From the NCBI GenBank assembly GCA_951406725.2, contig OX597839.1:12896001-12960000 (forward strand): a DNA stretch of 64,000 nucleotides, read 5' to 3'. Source of the stretch: Octopus vulgaris (Eukaryota). Of the stretch, positions 1-13,439 are shown piece after piece. The translations under genes were made by a program, and so were the position numbers. A model generated the notes under the pieces. That model did not search any database and was not told the DNA's origin. It saw only the letters and a list, made by a program, of their open reading frames with translations. The first letter of the stretch is position 1. Each line of letters begins with the position of its first letter.

Positions 1-268
1 GATTTTTTAATGTCCTTACCCCCAAACTTTTGTGAGTTGAATTAGGCAAACGCTATATATGAGAGAGATTTTCTTTAAGTATTAGAAATAGCTTTAAAAA
101 AGTTTTTTAGCTGCTATTTCTAATGAGTTCAGTATGCGGCGAAGTAATTTATTTTACTAAGCCCTTTTATATAATGTAATAATTTGAATTCGCCTTAAAT
201 GGTCCCTTTGCATACTGAACACTTGGTGAAATTGATTAATAATTAATTAATTTTACCCTCAATTGTTG

Positions 269-300
<32 letters not shown>

Positions 301-589
301 CAATAAGAAAATGGAGGGGATCAATAGGTGGTTCATCAACTTTTAGACACTATATTATAAATAAAGAAGTTAACATAACACAATGTGATGAACCACCTCT
401 TGATCCCCTCTATTTTCTAATTGCTCTATAAATTAATGGTAAAATATCTCTTTACCTTCACCCATTTAGTACACTAGGTAAAGTAATTGCAATGCAATAA
501 AAAACACTTGTGTATTAATAATTGGGTATTCTACCAACAGTATATTGGATAAATTTTATCCCTTAGTGGGTTGCATTCATAACCTCTAA

Positions 590-1240
590 CTTTCTTGGAG
601 TTGTGGCACATAAAAAGCACCATCCGATCGTGGCCGTTTGCCAGACTCGTCTGGCACCTGTGCCGGTGGCACGTAAAAAGCACCCACTACACTCATGGAG
701 TGGTTGGTGTTAGGAAGGGCAACCAGCCGTAGAAACATTGCCAGATCAGACTGGGCCTGGTGCAGCCTTCTGGCTTCCCAGACCCCAGTTGCACCGTCCA
801 ACCCATGCCAGCATGGAAAGCGGATGCTAAACGATGATGATGATGATGATGATGATATATATTTATATATATAGGGTATAAGTAGGGGCTCATCAAGGAT
901 CATTCTTCAGCCCCCTCTTGTTTATCATAGTCCTTCAGGCAATAACAAAGGAATTTAGTACAGGCTGCCCCAGGGAGCCATGTTTGAGAAGACATTCCAA
1001 GAAAAGTGGAATCGTAGTTGTGGCTGATGCTGGTGTCATGTAACAGGCCCCTGTACCAGTGACATGTAAAAAGCACCCTTCACAAAGAGTGTTAATCTCT
1101 AACTGTGGAGGGAGCCTGTGGAAGAGGTTGACTAAGACCTTTTGTGATACACTGTTATTCAGAAAACTGAGACCTTTGGTGATATGCTATGCTTCAGAAG
1201 ACCTGTCAAGCCAAATGAAATCATAGCTGTGGCCAATGCC
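590..1240 (+). mobile_element. RTE-LINE 3' tail with (GAT)n end plus rearranged RTE fragments (duplicated at about 21085-21745)
   Basis: ccaacccatgccagcatggaaagcggatgctaaacgatgatgat tail; following sequence matches RT and 3' parts of the RTE at 23469-26750. Confidence 0.75.
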
Positions 1241-1649
1241 TATTTTTTACATTATATATATTGTTCTACTTTGCATAAAACTTTAGCTATATTGGTATTT
1301 CTGGCTCTCATTTTTTAAGTATTCTTGTGTGTCAATATTTTAACAAAATGATGGTGCCTTTTCGTAATTAATGTTACTTTGTAAATTAAAATCAAATAAT
1401 TCTTAATATTCAAATTTTAAATAAAAATTTTCTTCTTCTGTACTTTATCAGATGAAATAAGTTGTCCTGGACTTTTCCAGGTGTAATAACTTGTCCTGTA
1501 ATTTTCCACATTTATAATCTTAAGAATATTATTTCTCTTGCTCGCATTTTTCCATGTAATCCATGTTTTTTCCAGGCTATTCTATTATGCTAATTAATAA
1601 TGTGTCAAATGCATCAATTAGCAGTATTGTTGATAATTCTTGATAATTC

Positions 1650-2030
1650 TCATCGGAGCATGCTGGCTTCATTTCTTGCGAGGTTATGCATGTCCTCAGC
1701 AGTCACGGCCCATGTTTCACTGCTATGTAGCATGGCTGTTTGTACGCATGCGTCGCACAGTCTACCTTTTACTCTGAGTAAAAGGCCCTTTGTCACCAGC
1801 AGGGGTAAGAGCTCTCTGAACTTAGCTCAGTCTATTCTTATTCTAGTAGCTACACTTTCAACAAACCCTCCCCTGCTACTGACTTGGTCACCTAGGTAAT
1901 GGAAGCTATCAACTACTTCTAGTTTTTCTCCCTGGAATGTAGCAGAAGTTATTCTCTGCACATTTTCAATGTTATTTATAGCGCCTGAGCATCTGCCACA
2001 TACAAAAACTATCCTCCCAGTTAGCCTTCC
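1650..2030 (-). mobile_element. RTE LINE internal fragment
   Basis: GRLTGRIVFVCGRCSGAIN...EKLEVVDSFHYLGDQVS matches 25750-26100. Confidence 0.8.
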
Positions 2031-2111
2031 TCTATATATATATACATACATACATATACATATATACATATATATATATATCTGTAAATGTAATATGTGA
2101 CAATTATTCAG

Positions 2112-2185
2112 TAGCCATGATAAAACTCTGAGTTTTGGATGCCGAAGTGGAAACCCACGCCGCCATCTTCTCAGTTATATGGCCA
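2112..2185 (-). ncRNA. Possible degenerate type I hammerhead ribozyme motif (Penelope-like fragment)
   Basis: Minus strand: gccatataa-CTGAGAA-GATG...CATC-CAAAAC-tcagagtttta-tcatggc. Stems I-III can be drawn but the core is mutated. Confidence 0.3.
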
Positions 2186-2499
2186 TCGGAAAAATGCTAT
2201 GAAAAATGACCATTATACCAAGGGAAATTACTGTGTAATTGACCGTTATTAAGACAAAAGAGCTACTTGAATGACCACTAAGTGAGGGAAGGGAGTAAGA
2301 GTAAGGGGATAAAAAGTTCATAGTATTCACGTAAGCACACATGTTCATACCTATACATGTGCGCCCACACACCCACGTGTGTGCACCTAAAAGTATACAT
2401 TCATCTAAGGTATGTGTAGGTATGAATATGTGGAAAAAATATGTGGCTTATTTAAATTTAAGTGACTTCCCTTCATGTAAAAGTGGCTCCTTCCATATT

Positions 2500-3110
2500 T
2501 CAACAAATAATGGATAAAATGCTGGTGGACTGTGATTTTAATATATCCTATTCAGATAATATCCTAATAAAAAGTGAGTGACATAAACAACATAGAAAAT
2601 ATGTTATACTTAGTAGAAGGAAGAAAATGAGTATACAAGAGACACATAAATCAACTAAAAGATTCGTTGAGTGTGAACCCAAGAGAATGGAAGAACCAAT
2701 GGAATGGTTATATGACATTTTTCAAGTGCCAATGCCAATACAAATAACCCAGATGCACAAGAAAAAGAAAATATATATAGTTCCAGGAAGTGGATGCCAA
2801 ACGAAAAATATATTAAACTTGTAACTGTATGGAAAAAACCCCACTTAAGTTGGATGATGTAAAAGTTATTGTTAATAAAAAGAAATGAAATTACACTCCT
2901 TAAGAAAAAAAACTTAAAATTGAGATGTTATGGGGATAATAATAATAATGGAACACCCCTCCCTTGAGACAAGTGGTATGTGCTAGTCATTACAAATACT
3001 GTGACATAAGAAGTTGGAGAAGTCAATCATAGATAGTCAAGTCTTACTTGTCTAACTAATTATACTGCTATCCCAGAGTGGATGGTACAACAGTCTGACA
3101 TTGGATTACA
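2500..3110 (+). mobile_element. Gypsy LTR retrotransposon remnant: integrase C-terminus, PPT and start of 3' LTR (second copy about 21830-22380)
   Basis: KMLYLVDGRKWVYKRHINQLK (integrase C-terminal RH.NQLK motif); purine tract aaaagggaga followed by TGTT in copy 2. Confidence 0.6.
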
Positions 3111-3522
3111 ACAGGATCAATAAAATAAGTACCAATTGAACACTGTGGTTGATTTAATCGACTTCGTCCTTTCCCCAAAACTGATGACCTTATGCCAAAA
3201 TTTGAAACCAATATAAAGAATAAATTAATTTGATAAATAATATCAGTTCAATTTTACTTCTGTAAAACAAAAACTTATGAATCTGTTGTTCAACACTGAA
3301 AAATGACTATGACAAAGACTTCACCTTTCAACTAAGAAAATGTATTTTGTATGTAGTTTATTTTAAGATATTTTTGTTTCTTCTCACTCTCCATAACTAC
3401 ATTTCCTGACCACTCCTTTTCCACCTCCAACTGTGTAATATATTTACACATAAATGTATACATGTATGTTTGTGGAATGAACTCATAATGGATATTTTAT
3501 TTATCTTTCATTTCCATTCCAG

Positions 3523-3896
3523 CAAAGACAAAACTTTACCAGCCAACACTTATAAAACCAATTCAAAAACTGTAACGTCCAGCAGTAACTCTGATGCATT
3601 ACTCAGTAGTGAAGATGTAAAAGGAAACAATAATGCAGTACCCAAGCCTACAGGAGAAGGTAATGATAAAATAAGAGAAATACCCAAATCTAATGAAACT
3701 AACGCACTACCTCCACTTTGTAACAATTTCAGCAAGAATACTTGCATTGTGCTTCCTGTTAGAGGAGCTAGTAGCTCTTATGCTCAAGAAGCAGCATGCC
3801 TTCCTATTGAGGAATCTAAAACAAAATCCCTTTCCATTAATTCCCCAAACAACCAGCTAAACTCTGCAAATGTACCCCAAATGTTTCCACAAGGCT
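3523..3896 (+). CDS. Death-domain adaptor (IMD/RIP-like) paralogue 1, internal coding exon (low-complexity N-terminal region)
   Basis: Acceptor tttcatttccattccAG at 3521-3522 and donor GTAAG at 3897. Open frame KDKTLPANTYK...QMFPQG lies within ORF 3470-3931. Phase 2 start, phase 1 end. Homologous to 22788-23167. Confidence 0.85.
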
Positions 3897-4400
3897 GTAA
3901 GCACCATTCTTTTTTATATTTTCTTAGATAACCTCACCATCATTACTTTATTATCATTGCTTAATAATCATTACTCATTATGTTGCCATCACTACTTTCC
4001 CATCATTTCTTTATTATCATTACTTTCTCATTAAAAAAAAAAAATTTTATGTGCCCTTTTCAACCCTAGCCAGGTTCATGGGCCCGTTTTCCTAGTTTCT
4101 GTGGTGTATGTGTTCCCCCTAGCTGGATGGGATGCCAGTCCATTGCAGCCTTACTCAAGAAGCAGGAAGAAAGAGTGAGAGAAAGTTGGGGTAAAAGAGA
4201 ACAACAGGGGTCACTACCAGCCCTGCAGGAGCCTTGCATCCTTTTGTTTATTGAAGACCAGCAGTCACTCATGCATACCAGCCTCCCCTCTCCATGTCAG
4301 CGGAATTTTAACTCAGAACATGAAGACAGACAAAATACTGCTAAGCATTTTGCCCAACATGCTAATGGTTCTGTCAGCTCACCTCCTTAAAACTGTTTTA

Positions 4401-4431
<31 letters not shown>

Positions 4432-4651
4432 TCTTGCAAACAACTTGCACATGCAAGTGCTACCAGTTAAAAGCTCCGTATACCAGAAGCTAGCAAGTGT
4501 ATGAGGTCATCAGGAGAGAATGCGTGCAATTTCAGGGCCTACCTTTCGACGGCATCAATGCACACCGGCCCCCCTGACTGATATGAGGCCCTGCTTGCTA
4601 GATCAGCTGGTTATGAAGTTAAACTCAATATACTTCTAGCCATCGCTCATC

Positions 4652-4699
<48 letters not shown>

Positions 4700-5174
4700 T
4701 ATAATAATAATAATTATAATGATAATAGTAATAAAGATGATGATGATTTCAAATTTTGGCTCAAGGCCAGCATTTTAGGTGGAAGGGATGAATTGATTAC
4801 ATTGACCATAGTGTTTAACTGGTACTTACTTCATCAACTCTGAAAGGATGAAAGGCAAAGTCATAATCAGCACACACACACAGGGGACAATTACCCCCTC
4901 TCCAATATATTAGGAAGTTTTAAATGAACATCTGTTGTCCTTAGGGGTAATTTTCGTTGGGGTGGGGGTGTAAATGTCTTACACTCAATATATACGACAG
5001 GCTTCTTTAAGTTTCCATCTATCAAATCCACTCAGTTGTGGTTTGCCTAAGGATATATTAGAAGACACTTGGTCCAAGATGTCACTTTGAGAAGCAAACT
5101 TTTTAACACACATGTATCTATGTATTATATTCTCAAAAATTTATGATCTTGATGCTATGTTATAAATTTTATAG

Positions 5175-5312
5175 TTATTCCTGCAACTATTAGAAATGGA
5201 AAGAATGTTGCAGTTGGGGGTGACTCTAATGTTACAAATAGGAAAACCGCAGAACCTGAGAAGAAAAAATGTGAGACTGATAAAGATGAAGTGAAATTCA
5301 GCAAGTATCTCA
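5175..5312 (+). CDS. Death-domain adaptor paralogue 1, coding exon with RHIM-like motif
   Basis: ttttatAG acceptor and GTAAGT donor; 138 nt, phase 1-1. Translates FIPATIRNGKNVAVGGDSNVTNRKTAEPEKKKCETDKDEVKFSKYL in frame with both neighbouring exons. Confidence 0.82.
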
Positions 5313-5487
5313 GTAAGTAAAAGTAGTTTCCATTTGTTTACTCTTTTTACTCTTTTACTTGTTTCAGTCATTTGATTGCAGATCAAAGCAAGATGAAATG
5401 TTTTGCTCAAGAATACATCAAAACACTTGATCCAGGAATGAAACCCACAATCTGGCAATTGTGAGTGGGAAACCCTATCACTGGACC

Positions 5488-5965
<478 letters not shown>

Positions 5966-6037
5966 GTTTAACATCCGCTTTCCATGCTAGCATGGGTTGG
6001 ACGGTTCAACTGGGGTCAGGGAAGCCCGAAGATATCA

Positions 6038-6071
<34 letters not shown>

Positions 6072-6079
6072 AAATACAT

Positions 6080-6632
6080 ATATTGGGTTATCCCTGTAAA
6101 AAATGCATTTTTTATACTTCTTTTATTTTCCAAAATTAAGAAAAGTTCTTTTCTAATCTAAATTCTACTCTCCTTCATTTTCTACAATGCTCTTCTGTTT
6201 ATCTGGTAGACTTGCAAGGCCCCTCTTCCAAAATTCTCTTGTCTGTGATGAAAAATACTCCTCCAGTATTGTTCTGACCTTCTCTACAGAATTCATATTT
6301 ATTTCGTCCAAATGATTTTGAAGACTGTGGAATAAATGATGGGACAATGTCCAGCAAATATGGTGGGTGAGGCAAAAAAGGTTCATTCATGAGATGTGAC
6401 AGCAAAGAAGATGTGACGCAGCACGTGATTAGACTTGGAAAGCTTGTGAGCAACCCATTGACCCAATTTGCTTACTTTTCCGATGGCACACAGGTGTCGA
6501 TGAATCCAAGCTTTTCTGCTAGTTCCTCAACACTTACAATAGGATTTTGTTCCACCAGGGTTTGCAGGATGTCCTAGTTGAGCTCCACAGATCTTCCAGG
6601 ACGAGGCTCATCTTCTAGTCTGTAGTTTCCAG
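6080..6632 (-). mobile_element. Degenerate mariner transposon fragment (second copy about 34515-35080)
   Basis: PHPPY(S/L)LDIVPS, SLQNHL and FWKRGLASLPD.QKSIVENEGE resemble the mariner transposase C-terminus; starts at TA. Confidence 0.8.
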
Positions 6633-7734
6633 CTTGTGTATATATTAAATAAGATTTATCTCTCCCCAGATAGAGTACTTTTTTGTAGATCTTACCAACC
6701 TGAAACAATACACTCTATGTGGTCAGTTGATGGTGGAGGACAAGAGAGAGACTTATGGAATTGGGAGAAGATGATAAGTAAGGATGGGGGACAAGAGAGA
6801 GATGTTTGGAATTGGGAGCAGATGATAAGTGAGCATGGCATCAGCAACACTTACATTATTTGGAAAATGTAATGGAAAGAGTACAGTGAAATTGCCTTGA
6901 AGAGTGGAATGTCTAAAGTTTCCAAAAATGGATAGTCCCGTGGGGTGTTTACAAAAATACTTATAGAGTTACAATTATGTAAAATATTGTCATGCTGCTT
7001 AGAAAAATAACATAACAGGGAATCTCTTTTACGATATAAATTAAATCAAAATTTCAACTAAATATATAACTAATATAACTATTCGTTGAAATTTAAATTA
7101 TAATAAATTTATTGCAAAAACTTATGTTGCAAATTGTAGGTGAAACACCCCAATACAATAACAGAGAAAAGTTTCAGTCATCAAAAATAGCCACAATATA
7201 TTTCTTATGAGTTGAAATGGAAAGCAAAATCAATGTGAGCTGATTATGAAGGCAATGCTGAAAAGTTCCATAAGGCCAGGCTGGAGGTTGAATATTTTGA
7301 GCTCTTTTACAGGTCTTAGAAAAACTGTCACACTGTTGCAATAAATGTGTGAATCTGAGAGAAGATGTTGAATAACATCATAAATAAACTGATTCTCCAG
7401 TAATTTTTTTTTTTTACTCAAAGCCAGGAACTTTTCAGTATTCCCTAATATATAGCCAGTACTGTTCACTCAGATTCCCCACCAGTTGATGTCAAAGTGA
7501 CATCTGCCTTCCACAACAACTGAGCTACAGTGGCACAACACAACATGTTACACACCCTCACTTAGTCAGAAAGGTAGTGGGAAGGAGCAAAATAAAACAA
7601 GTTGCCAACTAAGGATTGCAAGCATTTAAAAAATTGGGGGATGACAAAACACCCCATGTGACTAACACAGGGTTAAGATAGAGTGTGAAATTTGATGGTG
7701 ATTTGGCTGTTATTTCTAAACAAAAAGTAAATAT

Positions 7735-8010
7735 GAAACATTTCAATAGGGTTGCTGAACCATCGAACAAACTGCCGGCATCAGTTGTTAGTTGTCGGAG
7801 CACTGCATCCTTCAAAACTTCCATGCTTCCTGAGATTCGCCAACACTACACTTGATTTTCTCCCCTCCATACACACACAAGCATGTATCTGACTCATACA
7901 TTGTTCGCTTTTTAGACATTTCTACATTACTGCATGTACTTTATATGCACTTTCTGACAAGTTGTGGTGCACCTGAGCACTGTATACAATTAATTTCATT
8001 ATTATTATTA
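7735..8010 (+). mobile_element. LINE (CR1/L2-like) 3' end with (TTA)n tail (second copy about 36130-36408)
   Basis: RVAEP.NKLPASVV..FK-like ORF2 end followed by a ttattattatta tail. Confidence 0.55.
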
Positions 8011-8044
8011 TAAATTCTTAAGAATCATGGAAATATTTTTGCAG

Positions 8045-8119
8045 AGTCTAATACAAAACTGACTCAGAAAAGCCTCAACGAAATATCCAAATACTTAGGG
8101 AATAAATGGAAGTCTGTTG
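8045..8119 (+). CDS. Death-domain adaptor paralogue 1, exon encoding Death domain helices 1-2
   Basis: tttttgcAG acceptor and GTAAGT donor; 75 nt. KSNTKLTQKSLNEISKYLGNKWKSV(G) fits the Death-fold L..I...LG..W...GR.L pattern. Confidence 0.88.
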
Positions 8120-8769
8120 GTAAGTATAAAATATACATTGCTTTAGATGTTTTGCTTCTATCATATCTTTATGTGTTTTTACTTGCTTCAGCCATTATGT
8201 TGTTGCCATGCTGGGGCAGCACCTCAAAGAATTTTTAGTCGGATGAATCCAATACTTTATTTTCTTTTTTTTTAAGCCCAGTGCTTATTCTATCAGTCAC
8301 TTTTGCTGAACTGCTAAGTTACAAAGATGCAAACACACCAACCCTGGATGTCAAGCAGTGGTGGAAACATACACAGACACAAACATGCACACACACGTGT
8401 GACAGGCTTCTTTCAGTTTCCATCTACCAAATGCACTCACAAGGTTTTGGTTGGGCTGGGGCTATAGTAGAAGACACTTGGCCAAGGTCCCATGCAGTGG
8501 GAATGAACCTGGAATCATGCAGTTGGGAAGCAAATCTTCTTACCACCCAGCCACCCCTACGCTTATCTAACTACAAAATAATGTTTAGTGAGTGATACGA
8601 TACTTAATGTGATGAAGAAAAAATTTCAGTTAAAGTTGTTCTTGCTAGGAGGAGAAGAAAAGAATCTTCACCCTTTTGCTACCATACTTTTGTTGGAACA
8701 CTTCTTTTGTTGTAATTAATGTTGAAAATAATGAATTTATGAATATAACTGTTTTGAGATTAAGCTAGT

Positions 8770-9290
8770 CATCATCATCATCATCATTTAACGTCTGCTT
8801 TCCATGCTAGCATGGGTTGGACGATTTGACTGAGCGCTGGTGAACCAGATGGCTCTACCAGGCTCCAATCTTGATCTGGCAGAGTTTCTACAGCTGGATG
8901 CCCTTCCTAACACCAACCACTCCGAGAGTGTAGTATGTGCTTTTATGTGCCACCGGCACGGGGGCCAGTCAGGCAGTACTGGCAACGACCTCGCTCGAAT
9001 CTTTTTACACATGCCACCGGCTCAGGTGACAGTAAGGCGATGCTGGTAACGATCCCACTCAAATGGTGCCTTTTACATGCCACCGGCACAGAAGCCAGTT
9101 AGTCGCTCTAGCGACGATCATGCTCGTATGGTGCTCTTAGCACCCTACTAGCACAGGGCTCAAGTGCCAGTAAGGTGACGCTGGTAACGATTACACTCGA
9201 ATGGTGCCTTTTATGTGCCACTGGCACTGAAGCCCGTTAGCTACTCTGTCAGCGATCACACTCGTATGGTGCTCTTTGCCAGTCATTGAA
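8770..9290 (-). mobile_element. RTE-related 3' tail element with internal repeats
   Basis: (CAT)n tail followed by the conserved tttccatgctagcatgggttggacg sequence. Confidence 0.75.
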
Positions 9291-9534
9291 CTTGATTTTG
9301 ATTTAAATTAACATAAAATTTGGATTCAAGATTTTAATTTAAATCACTTTAAAAACAAGAAATTTGTATCATAGAACCAAAGTCAGTATTAAAAATTTAG
9401 TGTTAACAGTTGACAACTGTTTCAGGCCACCATTTTTCCCTATCGTAAATTTTTTCATTATGTATCCCTTGAAATTTATAAATCATTTACTATTATTATT
9501 GTTGTTGTCAATGATATAATATTTTTATTTTCAG

Positions 9535-9740
9535 GTCGAAATTTAGACATTCAAGATGTTTTCCTGGGTAATATTCAATCTGACAACCCAGGGAATACTG
9601 AAGAACAGTGTTTTCAAATGTTGAAGAAATGGTCGGAAATATCTGAGCCAGGGATGTGTACAACAGGCAAATTAGCTAAGGCTCTCATTGATGCTGAGTG
9701 TTATGGTGTGATTCCATATTTACCATTAGATGAGGAGTGA
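9535..9740 (+). CDS. Death-domain adaptor paralogue 1, terminal coding exon (rest of Death domain)
   Basis: tttttattttcAG acceptor. GRNLDIQDVFLGNIQSDNPGNTEEQCFQMLKKWSEISEPGMCTTGKLAKALIDAECYGVIPYLPLDEE*. EQ..QML..W and T...L..AL are Death domain signatures. AATAAA signals at about 10004-10020. Confidence 0.9.
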
Positions 9741-9781
9741 TTAGCAGAAAAAAATTTATCCACCATGGTATATGTTTTGAA

Positions 9782-9935
9782 TAAGAAGAGCATTATTATA
9801 TCATGTAATTTCTAAATATCTATTGATATGACATATATTGAAGTACCAAAATATTTTAAGAAGAGCATTATTATATCATGTAATTTCTAAATATCTATTG
9901 ATATGACATATATTGAAGTACCAAAATATTTTAAG
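9782..9935 (+). repeat. 75-bp tandem duplication in the 3' UTR (also at about 38046-38200)
   Basis: taagaagagcattattatatcatg...ccaaaatattt occurs twice. Confidence 0.9.
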
Positions 9936-10446
9936 TGGTTTGGGCCTGCATCTATGGGTCTTAATCCTGTCTACATACATATGTTATTCAAAATATGAAC
10001 AATAATAAACCATAAAATAAATTTTTATTTTTCAAGATGAAACAAAATTAACAATAAGATGGAAATTGTTTGTTTTTGTATACTTCTATTTTCTTTATTT
10101 TGGAAAAGTTTTCTCCTACTTTTTTTTAATTGCAAAGTCTTTGATCATATCCCTAAAATTAATTTTATGTAACACGTCTGCTTCTCTAATAAATAAGGTA
10201 TCCTCAATATTATTTTACCAAGTTTAAAATGATTTCTTTTTTGCCATAAACCATTTACCAATTCTCTGATTCCCTGCTTCCCTTGATGCCCTAAGCATGT
10301 ATTTATTTTGTATAATGATTAATCCAGTGTTGTATGTAGGTATTCAGGATGTTCATCAGTTTTTAGCTGAAAACTTTACTGTTTTAAGGTGGTCTAAATA
10401 AAAATCCCCTATAAAATTTCCATGTTAATTTATATTCTAAACAAAA

Positions 10447-10660
10447 GGTGGCGAGCTGGTAGAAACATTAGCATGCCAGGTGAAATGCTTAGCAGTATTT
10501 CGTCTGTCTCTAAGTTCTGAGTTCAAATTCCGCCAAGGTTGATTTTTGCCTTTCATCCTTTCGGGGTCGATAAATTAAGTACCAGTTGCATATTGGAGTC
10601 AATCTAATCGACCAGCCTCTTTCCAAAGATTTTGGGCCTTGTGCCTAGAGTAGAAAAGAA
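10447..10660 (+). mobile_element. tRNA-derived SINE (Meta-core-like); family copies also at about 27154-27372(+), 38710-38922(+), 45660-45886(-), 57260-57470(+), 62715-62920(+), 63001-63378(-)
   Basis: ggtggcgagctggtagaaac A-box-like head, gagttcaaattcc B-box and gcctttcatcctttcggggtcgataaattaagtaccag core. Confidence 0.8.
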
Positions 10661-11084
10661 TTTATTTTCTAAACTTGCTTAATAATGGTTTCAAATTTTA
10701 GCTCAAGGTCAATGAGTCAGTGGGAGGGAGTAAGTCAATTACATCAACCCCAGTGCTCAACTAGCACTTTATTGACCCCAAAAGGATGAAAGGTAAAGCT
10801 GACCTCAGCAGGTTTTGAACTCAGTATGTAAAGAGAGATGAAATGCCACTAAGCGTTTTGTCTGGCATGCTAACAATTCTGCTAGCTTGCCATCTTGCAC
10901 TTGCTTATTAATGACGAAATATATCTTAATAGATTCTTTGTTATTTTCAACATAAATTAAAGCAAAAACATTGTATTTCAACAGTATTATGGTAACAGAA
11001 GGGTTAATACATAAATTCATCAGTCATTTAATTGTGAGAGGACAGACTACTTCTGCCCGAAATTCATTCAACTCGCAGAGCCAG

Positions 11085-11118
<34 letters not shown>

Positions 11119-11564
11119 TCATCACCACCACCACCGTCACCGCCGCCACCGCCACCACCACCACCATTATTATCATCATCATCATCACCATCATCACCAT
11201 CATCACTATTATCACCACCACCACCATTATTATCATCATCATCATCGTTTAACGTCCGTTTTCCACGCTTGCATGGGTTGGACGGTTCGACCGTGGTCCG
11301 GGAAGCCAGGAGGCTGCACCAGGCTCCGGTCTGATCTGGCAGTGTTTCTACAGCTGGATGCCCTTCCTAACGCCAACCACTTCGTGAGTGTAGTGGGTGC
11401 TTTTTACATGCCACCAGCACATGAGCCAGAGGTGGCTGGCAAACGGCCATGATCGATTGGTGTTTTTTACATGTCATACTTTTACTAATTACAGGGAGAC
11501 AGCAATAAGCAGTGGCGTGTATAAATAGAAGGTTATTAGTATATGATTTAATAGAGTAATCCTA

Positions 11565-13048
11565 TGCCTGTTGAGTGGATTGGAGGGTTAATGTGAAAGG
11601 AAGTATATGACTTAATAGAGTAATCCTATTGACTCATATGTCCAGTTTCCAGGTTTCTCTGACCTATATATATTTTCTCCTGGATGGGATGGGACGGTGG
11701 TCCATCACAGGATTTCTCATTATTGCCTGTTGAGTGAATTGGAGGGTTAATGTGAAAGGAAGTATGTGACTTAATAGAGTAATCCTATTGACTCATATGG
11801 CCAGTTTCCAGGTTTCTCTGACCTATATATATTTTCTCCTGGATGGGATTGGACGGTGGTCCATCACAGGATTTCTCATTATTGCCTGTTGATTGGAATT
11901 GGAGGGTTAATGTGAAAGGAAGTATATGACTTAATAGAGTAATCCTATTGACTCATATGGCCAGTTTCCAGGTTTCTCTGTCCCATATATATATTTTCTC
12001 CTGGATGGGATGGGACGGTGGTCCATCACAGGATTTCTCATTATTGCCTGTTGAGTGGATTGGAGGGTTAATGTGAAAGGAAGTATGTGACTTAATAGAG
12101 TAATCCTATTGACTCATATGGCCAGTTTCCAGGTTTCTCTGACCTATATATATTTTCTCCTGGATGGGATGGGACGGTGGTCCATCACAGGATTTCTCAT
12201 TATTGCCTGTTGAGTGGATTGGAGGGTTAATGTGAAAGGAAGTATATGACTTAATAGAGTAATCCTATTGACTCATATGGCCAGTTTCCAGGTTTCTCTG
12301 CTATATATATTTTCTCCTGGATGGGTGGGACGGTGGTCCATCAAATTTCTCATTATTGCCTGTGAGTGGATTGGAGGGTTAATGTGAAAGGAAGTATTGA
12401 CTTAATAGAGTAATCCTATTGACTCATATGGCCAGTTTCCAGGTTTATCTGACCTATATATATTTTCTCCTGGATGGGATGGGACGGTGGTCCATCACGA
12501 ATTTCTCATTATTGCCAGCTGAGTGGAATTGGAGGGTTAATGTGAAAGGAAGTATATGACTTAATAGAGTAATCCTATTGACTCATATGGCCAGTTTCCA
12601 GGTTTCTCTGTCCCATATATATATTTTCTCCTGGATGGGTTGGGACGGTGGTCCATCATGAATTTCTCATTATTGCCAGCTGAGTGGAATTGGAGGGTTA
12701 ATGTGAAAGGAAGTATATGACTTAATAGAGTAATCCTATTGACTCATATGGCCAGTTTCCAGGTTTCTCTGACCTTTATATATTTTCTCCTGGATGGGAT
12801 GGGGCGGTGGTCCATCACAGGATTTCTCATTATTGCCTGTTGAGTAGATTGGAGGGTTAATGTGAAAGGAAGTATATGACTTAATAGAGTAATCCTATTG
12901 ACTAGTATGGCCAGTTTCCAGGTTTATCTGACCTATATATATTTTCTCCTGGATGGGATGGGATGGTGGTACATCGCAGGATTTCTCATTATTGCCTGCT
13001 GAGTGGATTGGAGGGTTAATGTGAAAGGAAGTATATGACTTAATAGAG
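11565..13048 (+). repeat. Minisatellite, about 160-bp unit, about 9 full copies
   Basis: ggagggttaatgtgaaaggaagt recurs at about 11582, 11741, 11901, 12062, 12221, 12373, 12531, 12692, 12851 and 13010. Confidence 0.95.
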
Positions 13049-13439
13049 CTGTTGCTGTTTAGTTATGTATTTAGGAGTGGTTGTAATTTACTTAGGGAAT
13101 TTATGATATCTGAGGGGCAGCTGATGATGGAGAGATTTTGGATTATTCCAGCAGTTGTTGGAACTGTAGAAGCAACAGCAACTGTTAGTACAACGGCTAC
13201 AGAAGAAAACAGAAAATATATCAAAACGATGTGTTATAATACTATTCCACAGCCATACCAACAATCCAGGGATCGAAACCACAATCTTACAATCACGAGT
13301 CCAACACTTTAACTACTTAGCCACATGCCTCCACACTGCATCTTATGAAGTTCTCCATGTAATATCTATGTACCTTTAGTGCCATTTTCTGTATGACGTA
13401 TCTATGTTTAAGTCATTTAGCTTATGTGCTTGTCCACAT

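Noticed and set aside
3470-3931. ORFs 3470-3931 and 22735-23262 as stand-alone genes
   Set aside because: They start at non-ATG codons in intron sequence and run past the splice donor; only the internal exon part is coding.
11565-13048. CRISPR-like array
   Set aside because: Whole units repeat with no unique spacers, no cas genes, eukaryotic context; it is a minisatellite.
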